Positions 30,175 through 40,305 of a stretch of DNA of 64,000 bases are shown here, piece by piece (within the stretch, counting starts at the first letter, position 1; every line of letters begins with the position of its first letter). The DNA lies in NCBI GenBank assembly GCA_002753335.1, contig PEAD01000002.1:62001-126000 (forward strand). The letters run 5' to 3'. Source of the DNA: Nitrospirae bacterium MYbin3 (lineage in GTDB: Bacteria > Nitrospirota > Thermodesulfovibrionia > Thermodesulfovibrionales > Dissulfurispiraceae). A program made the position numbers and the translations under genes. The notes under the pieces were generated by a model that searched no databases, was not told the origin of the DNA, and saw only the letters and a list, made by a program, of their open reading frames with translations.

Positions 30175-31392
30175 ATGGAACTTTATGCATATAAAGCGGT
30201 AGATTCTTACGGCGCAGAAATAAAAGGATTCACTCAGGGCAGAGATATCTCTGACATCTACAACGAGCTTAGCGCAAAAGGTTTTCATGTTTTAAGTGTA
30301 AAAAAAGAACATCAACTGCTTGTAGGTGTAGTCAGATTTTTCGAAACATGGCGAGTCAAACGCACCGACATTATTGAGTTTTCAAGCAATCTCTCGATGA
30401 TGCTAAAAGCAGGAGTTCCGATACTTACGGGCCTTGAGGACATATCATCAACCTTAGATAATAAGGTTTTTAAAAATGTGGTTGAAAATATAACCCGCGA
30501 AGTTCAGATGGGAATGAGATTTTCGGATGCGCTTGCCATGCACCAGCAATATTTTCCTGAGATATTTGTAAGGCTGGCAACTATTGGTGAGGAGTCGGGG
30601 CAACTCGACAACAGCCTAAGAGAAATTGCGGATCATCTCCAGCGTATGGAAGATCTTGTGGCTTCGATCAAAAGGGCGCTGATGTATCCGACTTTTGCGG
30701 TTGTAACCACAATGGGAGCCCTAATCTTCTGGCTTGCGTTCGTTTTGCCAAAGATGGTTCCAGTAATTAAAGATATGGGTGTTAAGTTGCCGCCGCTAAC
30801 GCTTTTCCTGGTCGCGGCCAGTGATTTTACGCAGAAATACTGGTTTACTGCGGTGCTAATACCGTTTATATTGTTGCCTACTATAAAAATATTGGGGCGG
30901 ATTGAGCGTGTTAAGTACTACTATGATTATGCAAAAATAAAGATTCCGATAGTCAAGCTGATTATTCACAATAAATTATTGGCCATATTTACAGAGCAGT
31001 TTAGGATACTTATCATGGCAGGTCTTCCGATGGACAGGATTTTTGATATAGTATCAGGCGTAATTTCTAACAAGGTTTTTGAAAAAGCGATATTGGAGAC
31101 AAAAGAGAGAGTAATGTCGGGTGAGAGCATATCGAGCTCGCTGAAAGCCCAGCCGGTATTTCCTCCGCTAGTCATAAGAATGGTTGATATCGGTGAAACC
31201 AGCGGAAGCCTCGACAACCAGTTCGGATTTCTTGCCGAACATTACCTGAAAAAACTGGACGATATATCAGATAAGCTCGGCAAGATATTAGAGCCGGTTA
31301 TTATGGTTGTTCTTGGCGGGCTTTTTGCTGTGATTATTATGGGACTTATGCTTCCGATATATGAACTTGTTTCAAAATTTGGAAAAGGGTAG
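30175..31392 (+). CDS. GspF/PilC/MshG platform protein
   Basis: GEESGQLD..ALMYP and GETSGSLD..LEP repeats; three TMs. Confidence 0.93.
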   Translation: MELYAYKAVDSYGAEIKGFTQGRDISDIYNELSAKGFHVLSVKKEHQLLVGVVRFFETWRVKRTDIIEFSSNLSMMLKAGVPILTGLEDISSTLDNKVFKNVVENITREVQMGMRFSDALAMHQQYFPEIFVRLATIGEESGQLDNSLREIADHLQRMEDLVASIKRALMYPTFAVVTTMGALIFWLAFVLPKMVPVIKDMGVKLPPLTLFLVAASDFTQKYWFTAVLIPFILLPTIKILGRIERVKYYYDYAKIKIPIVKLIIHNKLLAIFTEQFRILIMAGLPMDRIFDIVSGVISNKVFEKAILETKERVMSGESISSSLKAQPVFPPLVIRMVDIGETSGSLDNQFGFLAEHYLKKLDDISDKLGKILEPVIMVVLGGLFAVIIMGLMLPIYELVSKFGKG

Positions 31393-31397
31393 AGTCT

Positions 31398-32747
31398 ATG
31401 GATTACCTTGAATTTTTCAATATAAAAGATGACCCGTTCAGGATAACTCCTGATTCGGAATATTTTTATCCGTCGCAGGAGCATAACGAGATACTGTCAT
31501 CTCTCACATACGCGGTCAAACAAAAAGAAGGCTTTGTTCTCGCCACAGGCGAGCCCGGAACAGGCAAGACAACGATACTGAAGGTGTTCCTGAATGAGTG
31601 GAAGGACAAGGCCGAAATAGCTCTGGTAATGACTCCAAGACTTTCGCCTGAGGAATTCCTGCTTGCGGTTCTGGAAGATTTTAATATACCGGTTTCTAGC
31701 AATAACAAAAATGACATAATAAAAGTTTTTAGAGACTTTCTTTTAAGGCATTCAAAAGAAGGCAGGCGGGTAATAATAATTGTTGATGAGGTTCAGAATC
31801 TGCCTGATGAAACACTTGAAGAGCTCCGGCTTCTTTCGAACCTAGAAACTGACAAGGAAAAACTGCTTCAGATAATACTCATAGGACAGCCTGAATTCAG
31901 GAAGCGTCTCGAGTCGCACTCGCTTCGGCAGCTTAATCAGAGAATTACAGTTAGAGCCTCTTTAAGGTCCTTGAATGTTAGCGAAACTCAGGATTATATG
32001 AATTTTAGGCTTATGAAGGCCGGACATGGCCCTGTGTTTTTTGAGCTTAAAGCGAAAAAGCTGATACACTCCTACTCTAAAGGAACACCGAGACTTATCA
32101 ACCTGCTATCTTCGCGGGCGATGATGGCTGCGTATGTTGATAACAGCAGGAATATTAAGGATAAGCACATTGTTTATGCAGCCAACAATGTATTTGACGA
32201 AAGCTTCAGGAATAGGGATAAAGTCAAAACTTATTTAAAGTACGCTGCGATGTTTTTAGTTGTTTTATTGGTTGTAGTGCAGGTGTCGTTCAGCATGCGT
32301 TCAAAAAAAGATACGGCAGAAAAGCCTGAACAAACCAACAAACCTGTTTTAACAGAGACGGTCCAACCGGCCTCAAAGCCGAATTCGACAAAGAAATCGT
32401 CAACTTCTAAACCTGCGCCTCAAATCGTATCACATAATGTGCGTTCACAAACAGACGCGCCAAAACAGGTTAAAAAGATTGTTGATAGCCCTGCAATAGA
32501 ATCGGTTCAAGCATCTTCTCCTACATTGACTATTGCGAAGGAAGTTGTGAATTTGAGGTCCGGCCCGCAAATGGAGACCCCACCGGTTTCTTGGGCGCTT
32601 AAAGGCAAAACATTTCCAATATTAGATATAAAATCGGACACTGATGGACATGAATGGTTTAAAATAAAAATCGATGCCGGCAAAGAACTTTGGGTTTCAA
32701 GGAGTGTTGTCAAAGTTAATCAGCAAGCTATCGAGGAGGGAAGATGA
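31398..32747 (+). CDS. ExeA/MshM-type AAA ATPase with TM and C-terminal SH3b-like domain
   Basis: PFRITPD, GEPGTGKT, DEVQNL, LIGQPE, GTPRLIN; C-terminal VNLRSGP..W..W. Confidence 0.88.
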   Translation: MDYLEFFNIKDDPFRITPDSEYFYPSQEHNEILSSLTYAVKQKEGFVLATGEPGTGKTTILKVFLNEWKDKAEIALVMTPRLSPEEFLLAVLEDFNIPVSSNNKNDIIKVFRDFLLRHSKEGRRVIIIVDEVQNLPDETLEELRLLSNLETDKEKLLQIILIGQPEFRKRLESHSLRQLNQRITVRASLRSLNVSETQDYMNFRLMKAGHGPVFFELKAKKLIHSYSKGTPRLINLLSSRAMMAAYVDNSRNIKDKHIVYAANNVFDESFRNRDKVKTYLKYAAMFLVVLLVVVQVSFSMRSKKDTAEKPEQTNKPVLTETVQPASKPNSTKKSSTSKPAPQIVSHNVRSQTDAPKQVKKIVDSPAIESVQASSPTLTIAKEVVNLRSGPQMETPPVSWALKGKTFPILDIKSDTDGHEWFKIKIDAGKELWVSRSVVKVNQQAIEEGR

Positions 32748-34030
32748 GTCTTATAGCTGACCTGCTTTCTAAGATAAAACGCGAGGAAGTGAATAATAAT
32801 GTTGATGTGCCGCCTGCGCTAAGGAGGACCGTTGCAGGAGCATCCAAAAGCGCCCAGATGAGGAATAGAATTTTTCTGTTCACAGGGCTTATCTGCTTTT
32901 CGGTTGCAGCCGGCTACGGAGCGGTATTTTTGCTCAATCAATATGTAAAACCGCTTAAGATACCCGAAAATATTTATGCAAAAAAAGATGTTCCGGCACA
33001 GCCTAAAATGCAAGAACCTGCTCCTGTTGCTCCTGCTATGCCTGTGCAGCAGCCTGTGCAAAAGGTAGCCGAATCCCTCCCTAAGCCGGTTGTTCAGCCT
33101 GAGGTTCAAAAACCTGCGCCTGCTCCGGTTGCCAAGACTGTTCCGCAGGCTGTTGTTAAAGAACAGCCTAAAACCGCGGCTGTTGCTGCGCCTGCAAAAA
33201 AAGAACAGCCTAAAGAACAATCTGTTAAAGCAATAGCTAAACAATTGGCCCAAGAGAAGGAGAAACCTGCTCCAAAACCTGCAGATAAACCCATGGCAAA
33301 GAAACCTGTGCCGGCAAAGGCAGTAAAATCTACAAAGTCTGTAATGGAGGCTTTGCCTGTAGCGGCCGTTATGGTAGGTAAAGGAACTGCTCAAAAAGCT
33401 TCTGCGTCTGCTGCTCAACCCGCAACAACTGGTTCGCAGCCAATATCCAAAAAGGAAGCGAATGAGAACAGAGACGCCTTTGTTTACACCGCTCAGACCT
33501 ACGAAGCAAAAAAAGATTACGACAAGGCCATGCTGAACTACAAAAAAGCGCTTGAGCTTGATTCGCAGAATTATATACTGATGAACAATACAGGAACAGC
33601 CGCTCTGAATAAAGGGTTATACGAGGAAGCAATCAAATATTACAACAGCGCTCTTGCCGTAAAGCAGAACTACGTCCCAGCTCTTATCAATCTAGGTCTT
33701 GTGCATATAAGAACCAATAAACATGCAGAAGGCGAAGCATACCTGACAAAGGCTGTTAAGATTGAGCCTTTAAACAAGATGGCGCTTTTAAATCTCGGCA
33801 TATTTCATGAACTGAAGGACAACTATGAAAGCGCGGCCAACTATTTTGCCGAGGTATCGAGACTGGGCGACCAACAGGGGTATCTTGGACTGGCAAGGGT
33901 TGCCGAAAAGCAAGGCAAGGTTTCTGAGGCGATAAGAGCGTATAAGGAATTTCTCTCTCTGCCGGATATTGATATTAAAGGCCGCAGGATGGCCGGTGAA
34001 AGGATTGTAAAACTGGAACAAGCCCTTTAG
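32744..34030 (+). CDS. MshN-like TPR protein with Pro/Ala/Lys-rich linker
   Basis: MSLIADLL start, TM, low-complexity linker, C-terminal TPRs; follows the ExeA-like gene. Confidence 0.75.
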   Translation: MSLIADLLSKIKREEVNNNVDVPPALRRTVAGASKSAQMRNRIFLFTGLICFSVAAGYGAVFLLNQYVKPLKIPENIYAKKDVPAQPKMQEPAPVAPAMPVQQPVQKVAESLPKPVVQPEVQKPAPAPVAKTVPQAVVKEQPKTAAVAAPAKKEQPKEQSVKAIAKQLAQEKEKPAPKPADKPMAKKPVPAKAVKSTKSVMEALPVAAVMVGKGTAQKASASAAQPATTGSQPISKKEANENRDAFVYTAQTYEAKKDYDKAMLNYKKALELDSQNYILMNNTGTAALNKGLYEEAIKYYNSALAVKQNYVPALINLGLVHIRTNKHAEGEAYLTKAVKIEPLNKMALLNLGIFHELKDNYESAANYFAEVSRLGDQQGYLGLARVAEKQGKVSEAIRAYKEFLSLPDIDIKGRRMAGERIVKLEQAL

Positions 34031-34554
34031 TTCGAATCTTCTCTTACCCTGAAATAGAGGAAAGAGTTCTTTTGCTGTGCTACATCTGCTGCAAAAGAAC
34101 TCTTTTTATTTCCTGTTTCTTTATTTTCCCGTTCCGGTTCATTCAGTATGGTGCTTAGCTTTTTATGAACTCTCCATGTGTAGTCAACACGCTTGCGTTT
34201 ATCTACGGCATTGTAGCACCCTACTGCTTCCCACGAAAGTCCGTAGCGGTCTATGCATTGTTTTAATATTTTTGCTCCAACAAATGTGTTGTAGCAGGGG
34301 TCAGACATAAGCGTTGAGGGCTTGAGCTTTAGCGGCCCAATCCATGAGGAGTTTATCTGCATTAAACCATAGTCCAGCGATCCATTGCGATTTCTGTTTA
34401 CGGCTTTAGGGTTAAGGTTTGATTCATTTTTTGCTATAGCCTCCAGCAGTGCAGGGCTTATACCATATTCTTTACCTGCTTCTTCGAAGCAAAATGCGTT
34501 TATAGAAGACGGAAACAGCGCTAAGATGCCCATCAAACATAGCAGTATTTTCAT
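34027..34554 (-). CDS. SLT-family lytic transglycosylase
   Basis: AIAKNES, DYGLMQINS and AVGCYN motifs. Confidence 0.92.
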   Translation of the reverse strand: MKILLCLMGILALFPSSINAFCFEEAGKEYGISPALLEAIAKNESNLNPKAVNRNRNGSLDYGLMQINSSWIGPLKLKPSTLMSDPCYNTFVGAKILKQCIDRYGLSWEAVGCYNAVDKRKRVDYTWRVHKKLSTILNEPERENKETGNKKSSFAADVAQQKNSFLYFRVREDSN

Positions 34555-34719
34555 TCATAAATATAAAACATATTGGCGGGGAAAGCAAATTTTGTTTCTT
34601 CTCTGTTTATTGTTGAGATTTTTTGATGCACATTGCTATTATAATTGTTAAACCTATGCAGCAATACAAGGTATTCAGACCTGTGTGTTGCAAAAGAGGG
34701 TTAAAAATGGAGGTGCTTT

Positions 34720-35076
34720 ATGCTCAATATACTTAGTCTGGTAACAGAAGCTTATGCCATGGGGCCCGCACAACAACAGGGCGCAGCGCAGCCGGGTGGA
34801 GTGCAGGGTATGCTGGCAAGCATGCTGCCTCTCGTTCTGATCTTTGTGGTCTTCTATTTTTTACTTATAAGGCCTCAGCAGAAAAAGGCCAAAGAACATA
34901 AGCAGATGCTCGATAACATCAAAAGAGGCGACAAGGTGACAACTCAAGGCGGTATTTACGGTGTTGTTGAGGCTGTTACCGATAATACCGTTACATTAAA
35001 GATAGCCGAGAATGTGAAGGTAAAGTTTGGCAAGTGGGCTGTATCTGCGCTCAGGTCCTCGGCTGATGAAGATTAA
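34720..35076 (+). CDS. yajC: Preprotein translocase subunit YajC
   Basis: FYFLLIRPQQKK and GDKVTTQGGIYG. Confidence 0.96.
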   Translation: MLNILSLVTEAYAMGPAQQQGAAQPGGVQGMLASMLPLVLIFVVFYFLLIRPQQKKAKEHKQMLDNIKRGDKVTTQGGIYGVVEAVTDNTVTLKIAENVKVKFGKWAVSALRSSADED

Positions 35077-35094
35077 TCGGAGGTCCTTAACTAG

Positions 35095-36717
35095 ATGAAA
35101 AAAGGTATATTTTGGAGAGTAGCGCTTATTGTCGGAACCGTAATTCTTTCTGCAATATTTTTTCTGCCCAATACACCCATTTTTCAGGTGATGCCAAAGT
35201 GGTGGAAAGACGCTCTGCCTAATAAGGGCATAGTCTTAGGACTCGACCTTCAGGGCGGCCTGCATCTTGTTTTTGAGGTTGAAGGTGATAAGGCTGTGGA
35301 AATACAGATGGACAGGATTGCATCGCATCTTTCCGGAGTTTTTGAAAGGAAAAAGATAAAGGCGAATGTAAAGAAAGATGGTATTGTTCTTAGCGTATCT
35401 CCGGCTAACTCAGATGGAAGGAAGATTGTTGAAGAGACCTATCCTCAGCTTTCTCTTCTTGAAGCCAATGACTCTTTAAAATATAAGCTAAGTCAGAGTG
35501 AGGTTAAGAGAATCAGGGACACCGCAACGGATCAGGTTGTTGAGATAATAAGAAATAGAATCGACCAGTTCGGGGTTGCCGAGCCTGTTATTCACAGGCA
35601 GGGCGAACATGAGATAGTTGTGCAGCTTCCGGGAGTTAAGGACCCTAAAAGAGCTGTCGAGATGATAGGAAAGACCGCGCAGCTTGAATTCAAAATAGTT
35701 GACGACGAATCACTTTTTGCTGCAGAGCTTCCCCCTTCGGTGCTCCCGTCAGAGGAGTCCCAGTTATTGGAAAAGTTCGCTTCTAAGATCCCTCAGGGGG
35801 ATGAGATTCTTTTTGAAAGAATCTTAAATAGAGAGACGGGTGTGGTCACAAAAAGGCCGATGCTGCTGAAAAAAGAGGTGTTGCTTTCGGGAGATCTTTT
35901 AACCGAGGCTAGAGTAACCATAGATCAGAGGTTTAACGAGCCTTACGTTTCGATAACCTTTAACAGCACCGGCTCAAAGATATTCGAGGATATTACGGGA
36001 CAGAATGTAAAAAAGAGGCTGGCAATAATACTTGATGGCAATATTTATTCGGCGCCTGTTATTCAGGAAAAAATAGCCGGCGGCAATGCCCAGATAACCG
36101 GCAGTTTTGGTATGGAGCAGGCTAAGGACCTTGCGATTGTTTTAAGGGCAGGTGCTCTTCCTGCACCGGTAAAGACGCTTCAAAATGTGACGGTTGGACC
36201 ATCCCTTGGAAGGGACTCTATAGAAGCGGGACAGAAGGCGGGGATAATAGGCACCCTGCTTGTAATTGCGTTCATGGTTTTTTATTACAGGGTTTCGGGT
36301 GTAATAGCGAATCTAGCTCTTTTGCTGAATATCATTCTGCTTATAGGTGCGATGGCTTCGCTTAATGCCACACTTACCATGCCAGGCATAGCCGGAATAA
36401 TTCTTGCCATAGGTATGGCGGTTGATTCAAATGTGCTTATGTTCGAAAGGATGAGAGAAGAGCTGCGCTCCGGCAAAACGCCGCGGGCTGCGGTTGAGGG
36501 CGGATACCGGAAGGCCTTCTGGACAATATTTGACTCGCATGTCACCACGCTTATTACGGCAGCGGTGCTTTTCCAGTTTGGAACGGGGCCGATAAAGGGA
36601 TTTGCGGTGACTCTGAGCCTTGGTGTTGCGATAAACCTGTTTACCGCGCTTATTGGCACGAAGACGGTCTTTGACATAATGCATATGAAAGGAGAAGTAA
36701 AGGAGTTGAGCATATGA
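35095..36717 (+). CDS. secD: Protein translocase subunit SecD
   Basis: [27 protein letters not shown] and GMAVDSNV. Confidence 0.97.
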   Translation: MKKGIFWRVALIVGTVILSAIFFLPNTPIFQVMPKWWKDALPNKGIVLGLDLQGGLHLVFEVEGDKAVEIQMDRIASHLSGVFERKKIKANVKKDGIVLSVSPANSDGRKIVEETYPQLSLLEANDSLKYKLSQSEVKRIRDTATDQVVEIIRNRIDQFGVAEPVIHRQGEHEIVVQLPGVKDPKRAVEMIGKTAQLEFKIVDDESLFAAELPPSVLPSEESQLLEKFASKIPQGDEILFERILNRETGVVTKRPMLLKKEVLLSGDLLTEARVTIDQRFNEPYVSITFNSTGSKIFEDITGQNVKKRLAIILDGNIYSAPVIQEKIAGGNAQITGSFGMEQAKDLAIVLRAGALPAPVKTLQNVTVGPSLGRDSIEAGQKAGIIGTLLVIAFMVFYYRVSGVIANLALLLNIILLIGAMASLNATLTMPGIAGIILAIGMAVDSNVLMFERMREELRSGKTPRAAVEGGYRKAFWTIFDSHVTTLITAAVLFQFGTGPIKGFAVTLSLGVAINLFTALIGTKTVFDIMHMKGEVKELSI

Positions 36718-37634
36718 TCGAACTTATAAAGAATACAAACATAGATTTTATGGGTATGAAGAAGTACGCCTTTATTTTTTCGGGCATAATGTCTGTCATA
36801 GGGTTAATAGCAATTGTGCAGATAGCGCTTGGCAATGCAAATTTGGGCGTGGACTTTGCGGGTGGCACAGCTGTTCAGATAAAATTTTCGAAGTCGGTTC
36901 CTCTGCATGATGTCAGGCTTGCGCTTGAAGCTGGAGGACTTCGCGACTTTGACCTTCAGGATTTGCCGACCGAGAACAAGGTTTTGATACGGGTAAAGAA
37001 GCAGGAGGAGAAGCTGGGAGGGTTTTCGGAAAAAATCGTGCAGACCCTGTCCCAGAAATTTGCGGATAAAAATCCTCTTATTGATTCAACAACCGAGATA
37101 GGTCCTAAGGTTGGCTCAAAGCTGAGGCAGGACGCGATGTGGGCCGTTATAATATCGACATTCGGAATTCTGGTCTATATAGCATGGCGGTTTCAGTTCA
37201 GGTTTGGCATAGGCGCTACCGTTGCTACTTTTCATGATGTGCTTGCGGTTGTTGCGATATTCTATATTTTGGGCCGAGAATTTAACCTTATAGTACTTAG
37301 CGCCCTTCTTACTATTGCCGGATATTCACTGACTGATACTGTAGTAGTGTTCGACAGGATCAGGGAGAACATAAAACGATATATAAAGGAGCCTATAGAG
37401 GTTGTAGTCAATAAGAGCATAAATGAGGTTCTTTCGAGGACGATCGTCACATCTCTCACAGTATTTCTTGTGTCTCTTGCAATCTTCTTCTTCGGGGGGG
37501 AGGTGCTGCATGATTTTTCGCTCGCTATGCTTATAGGTGTTGTTATCGGCACTTATTCCTCGATATTTATGGCAAGCCCTGTTGTGGTGCTTCTGCGCAA
37601 AAAGGTGCCTGTAGTGAAAAGCAAGAAAAAATGA
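36714..37634 (+). CDS. secF: Protein translocase subunit SecF
   Basis: GVDFAGG, HDV and [16 protein letters not shown]. Confidence 0.97.
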   Translation: MIELIKNTNIDFMGMKKYAFIFSGIMSVIGLIAIVQIALGNANLGVDFAGGTAVQIKFSKSVPLHDVRLALEAGGLRDFDLQDLPTENKVLIRVKKQEEKLGGFSEKIVQTLSQKFADKNPLIDSTTEIGPKVGSKLRQDAMWAVIISTFGILVYIAWRFQFRFGIGATVATFHDVLAVVAIFYILGREFNLIVLSALLTIAGYSLTDTVVVFDRIRENIKRYIKEPIEVVVNKSINEVLSRTIVTSLTVFLVSLAIFFFGGEVLHDFSLAMLIGVVIGTYSSIFMASPVVVLLRKKVPVVKSKKK

Positions 37635-37642
37635 CAGGGTAG

Positions 37643-39355
37643 ATGCTCGACGACAAACGAAGATGGGTCGTAAGCAGAACTAACTCAGAATATGTCGAGT
37701 ATCTTTCCAAGTCTGTTTCGGTATCCGCGCCATTTGCCCAAATTCTTATTAACCGCGGGATAAAAAGCCCGCAGGCTCTCTCAGCTTTTCTCGATCCATC
37801 AGTTTCAAAATTCTCGGATCCATTCGACATTAAAGGCGTAAGCACAGCTGTTGAAAGGATAAAACTTGCAAAGTCAAGGGGCGAGCGTGTGCTTATTCAC
37901 GGTGATTATGATGCGGATGGAGTCTCTGCCACATCGATAATGTTGGAAGGCCTGAGGCTGTTTGGCATCGATGCGCATTATTTTATTCCCAACAGGATAG
38001 CTCACGGCTATGGGTTTGGAACTGCAGGTATAGAGAAGGCCCGCTCAATAAACGCAGGGATTATAGTTACGGTTGATTGTGGAATAACGTCCCTGGATGC
38101 TGTAGCTGCTGCGAGTGCGCTTGGCATAGATGTCATTATCACCGATCATCATGAGGCTGCGAAGAGCGATTCAGGCGAATTGCTTATCCCAGATTCTGTT
38201 GCGGTTGTAAACCCTAAGCTTGAGCTTGAGGTGAGAGATTGGTCTTGCCTTTCTGGTGCCGGAGTTGCTCTTAAGATAATACAGGCTCTCTTTCAAGATA
38301 ATAGAGAATATATGCATCGGTTTTTCGACCTTGCGGCCATAGGCACGGGAGCTGATGTTGTTCCGGTGCTGGATGACAATAGGATTATCCTTAAAGAGGG
38401 GCTATCTCTTATTCAAGCTGGCGAACGTCTTGGGATAAAGGCTATTAAAGATGCTGCCGGCATTAAGCCTGATTTTTTTAAATCATCATTTCTGCCTTAT
38501 ATAGTGGTTCCTCGAATTAATGCAGCCGGACGTATTGCGGATGCTTCTGAGGTGGTTGAGCTTTTGACCACAAGCTCCTCATCCGAGGCAGAAAGGCTTG
38601 CCGTATGGCTTAACGGGCTTAACATAAAGAGGCAGGAGATAGAGCAGCAGGTTTATTCCGAGGCGCTCGCAATGCTGCGGACCATGGATACTGGCAGAGG
38701 CGCGCTCGTGATAGCTTCCGAAGGCTGGCATCAGGGTGTTGTCGGCATTGTTGCATCAAGGGTTCAGGAGGAATTTAACAGGCCTGCTTTTGTTCTTTCT
38801 ATAGAAAACGGTGTGGCAAAAGGCTCCGGAAGAAGCATTCCTGCTTTTGATATGCACAGCGGTCTCTTTCAATGCAAAGATATGCTCAAGCGGTTTGGCG
38901 GACACAAGCAGGCTGCTGGTCTTGCCCTCTCAAGTGATGACCTTGGACGATTCAGGGAGGCCATTTCAAAAGTTGTTGAAAGCACACTTGCATCAGATGA
39001 TTTTGCACCTTCTCTCACTATTGATGCTGCTGTTAAAATTTCGGATATGAGTTTGTCGCTTGCTGAAGAAATATCGAGCCTTGAACCCTTTGGCTACGGT
39101 AATGAAGAGCCGCTGCTTGGAGCAAAAGGGCTTCAGGTAGTGCAGCCGAGAATTGTGGGGAAGAATCATCTTAAGATGTATCTGCGGCAGAACGGGACGA
39201 AAATCGATTCAATAGGGTTTGATTTAGGCGGAGCCCTCGAAAATCTTGATGAAAATTCTGTTGTAGATGTTGCTTTTCAGCCCACTGTCAATGAGTGGAA
39301 CGGCGGACGTTTTCTCCAGCTTAATCTCAAGGCATTAAGGAAAACCTCTTTATGA
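37643..39355 (+). CDS. recJ: Single-stranded-DNA exonuclease RecJ
   Basis: GDYDADG, TVDCG, TDHH, PRINAAGR, GSGRS and FGGH..AAG. Confidence 0.97.
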   Translation: MLDDKRRWVVSRTNSEYVEYLSKSVSVSAPFAQILINRGIKSPQALSAFLDPSVSKFSDPFDIKGVSTAVERIKLAKSRGERVLIHGDYDADGVSATSIMLEGLRLFGIDAHYFIPNRIAHGYGFGTAGIEKARSINAGIIVTVDCGITSLDAVAAASALGIDVIITDHHEAAKSDSGELLIPDSVAVVNPKLELEVRDWSCLSGAGVALKIIQALFQDNREYMHRFFDLAAIGTGADVVPVLDDNRIILKEGLSLIQAGERLGIKAIKDAAGIKPDFFKSSFLPYIVVPRINAAGRIADASEVVELLTTSSSSEAERLAVWLNGLNIKRQEIEQQVYSEALAMLRTMDTGRGALVIASEGWHQGVVGIVASRVQEEFNRPAFVLSIENGVAKGSGRSIPAFDMHSGLFQCKDMLKRFGGHKQAAGLALSSDDLGRFREAISKVVESTLASDDFAPSLTIDAAVKISDMSLSLAEEISSLEPFGYGNEEPLLGAKGLQVVQPRIVGKNHLKMYLRQNGTKIDSIGFDLGGALENLDENSVVDVAFQPTVNEWNGGRFLQLNLKALRKTSL

Positions 39356-40302
39356 GAGCTGTTGTTTTTGACGGCCGGCTTCATGTTAAGGATATTGAAA
39401 AGCCTGTGCGTCAAAAAGGAGAGGCGCTTGTAAAAGTTTCGATTGCGGGCATCTGCAATACTGACCATGAAATAACAAGAGGCTACATCCCAGATTTCAA
39501 CGGCATTCTTGGCCACGAGTTTTTGGGTGTGGTTGAAGATGCTGATGACAAAGGCCTTATCGGCAAAAGGGTTGCGGGTGAGATAAATCTGGCTTGCGGA
39601 GCCTGCGAGTTTTGCAAAAATGATCTTGGCAGGCATTGTCCAAGTCGTTCGGTTCTCGGCATTATAAATAAAGACGGGGCTTTCGCAGAATATCTTACAT
39701 TGCCTGCAGCTAATATTTTTGTGATACCTGATTGCATATCCGATGCTCAGGCGGTCTTTATTGAGCCGTTGGCCGCAGCGCTCGAGATTTTCGAACAGGT
39801 CAGGATAGTTCAAGAGCACAAAGTCCTTCTTATAGGTGATGGCAAACTGGCATTGCTTATAGCTTTAGTGCTGAAGACTACCGGATGTCGTTTAACCATG
39901 CTGGGGAAGCATAGAGAGAAGTTGAGTTTTGCAGCTGCGTATGGTATTGATACAGCAATGGTTGAGGGTTTCACTAAATCCCAGTATGACATTGTAATTG
40001 AAGCATCAGGAAAACCCTCAGGCTTTATGGCGGCGCTCGACTGTGTTAATCCAAGGGGGACGATTGTGCTTAAGAGTACGTATGCTGAACCATTTCTTTT
40101 CAATCCTTTCCAGATAGTTGTGAACGAAATTACGGTTGTAGGTTCGCGCTGCGGAAGATTTGAAGATGCGATACGTTTTCTTCAGTCCCATCCTATGCCT
40201 CTCGATAAATTAATCAGCGCAGAGTTTGATCTTGAAGATGCTGAAGAAGCATTTGTTTTTTCGGCACGGCCGGATGTGTTCAAGGTTTTGCTGAAGATTT
40301 GA
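39352..40302 (+). CDS. Zn-dependent MDR-family alcohol dehydrogenase-like protein
   Basis: GICNTD, GHEF, C-x2-C-x2-C-x7-C and GSRCG. Confidence 0.9.
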   Translation: MRAVVFDGRLHVKDIEKPVRQKGEALVKVSIAGICNTDHEITRGYIPDFNGILGHEFLGVVEDADDKGLIGKRVAGEINLACGACEFCKNDLGRHCPSRSVLGIINKDGAFAEYLTLPAANIFVIPDCISDAQAVFIEPLAAALEIFEQVRIVQEHKVLLIGDGKLALLIALVLKTTGCRLTMLGKHREKLSFAAAYGIDTAMVEGFTKSQYDIVIEASGKPSGFMAALDCVNPRGTIVLKSTYAEPFLFNPFQIVVNEITVVGSRCGRFEDAIRFLQSHPMPLDKLISAEFDLEDAEEAFVFSARPDVFKVLLKI

Positions 40303-40305
40303 TTC

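Noticed and set aside
32990..33450. Repetitive-looking DNA in the MshN-like gene
   Set aside because: A Pro/Ala/Lys low-complexity linker, not a CRISPR or regular array.
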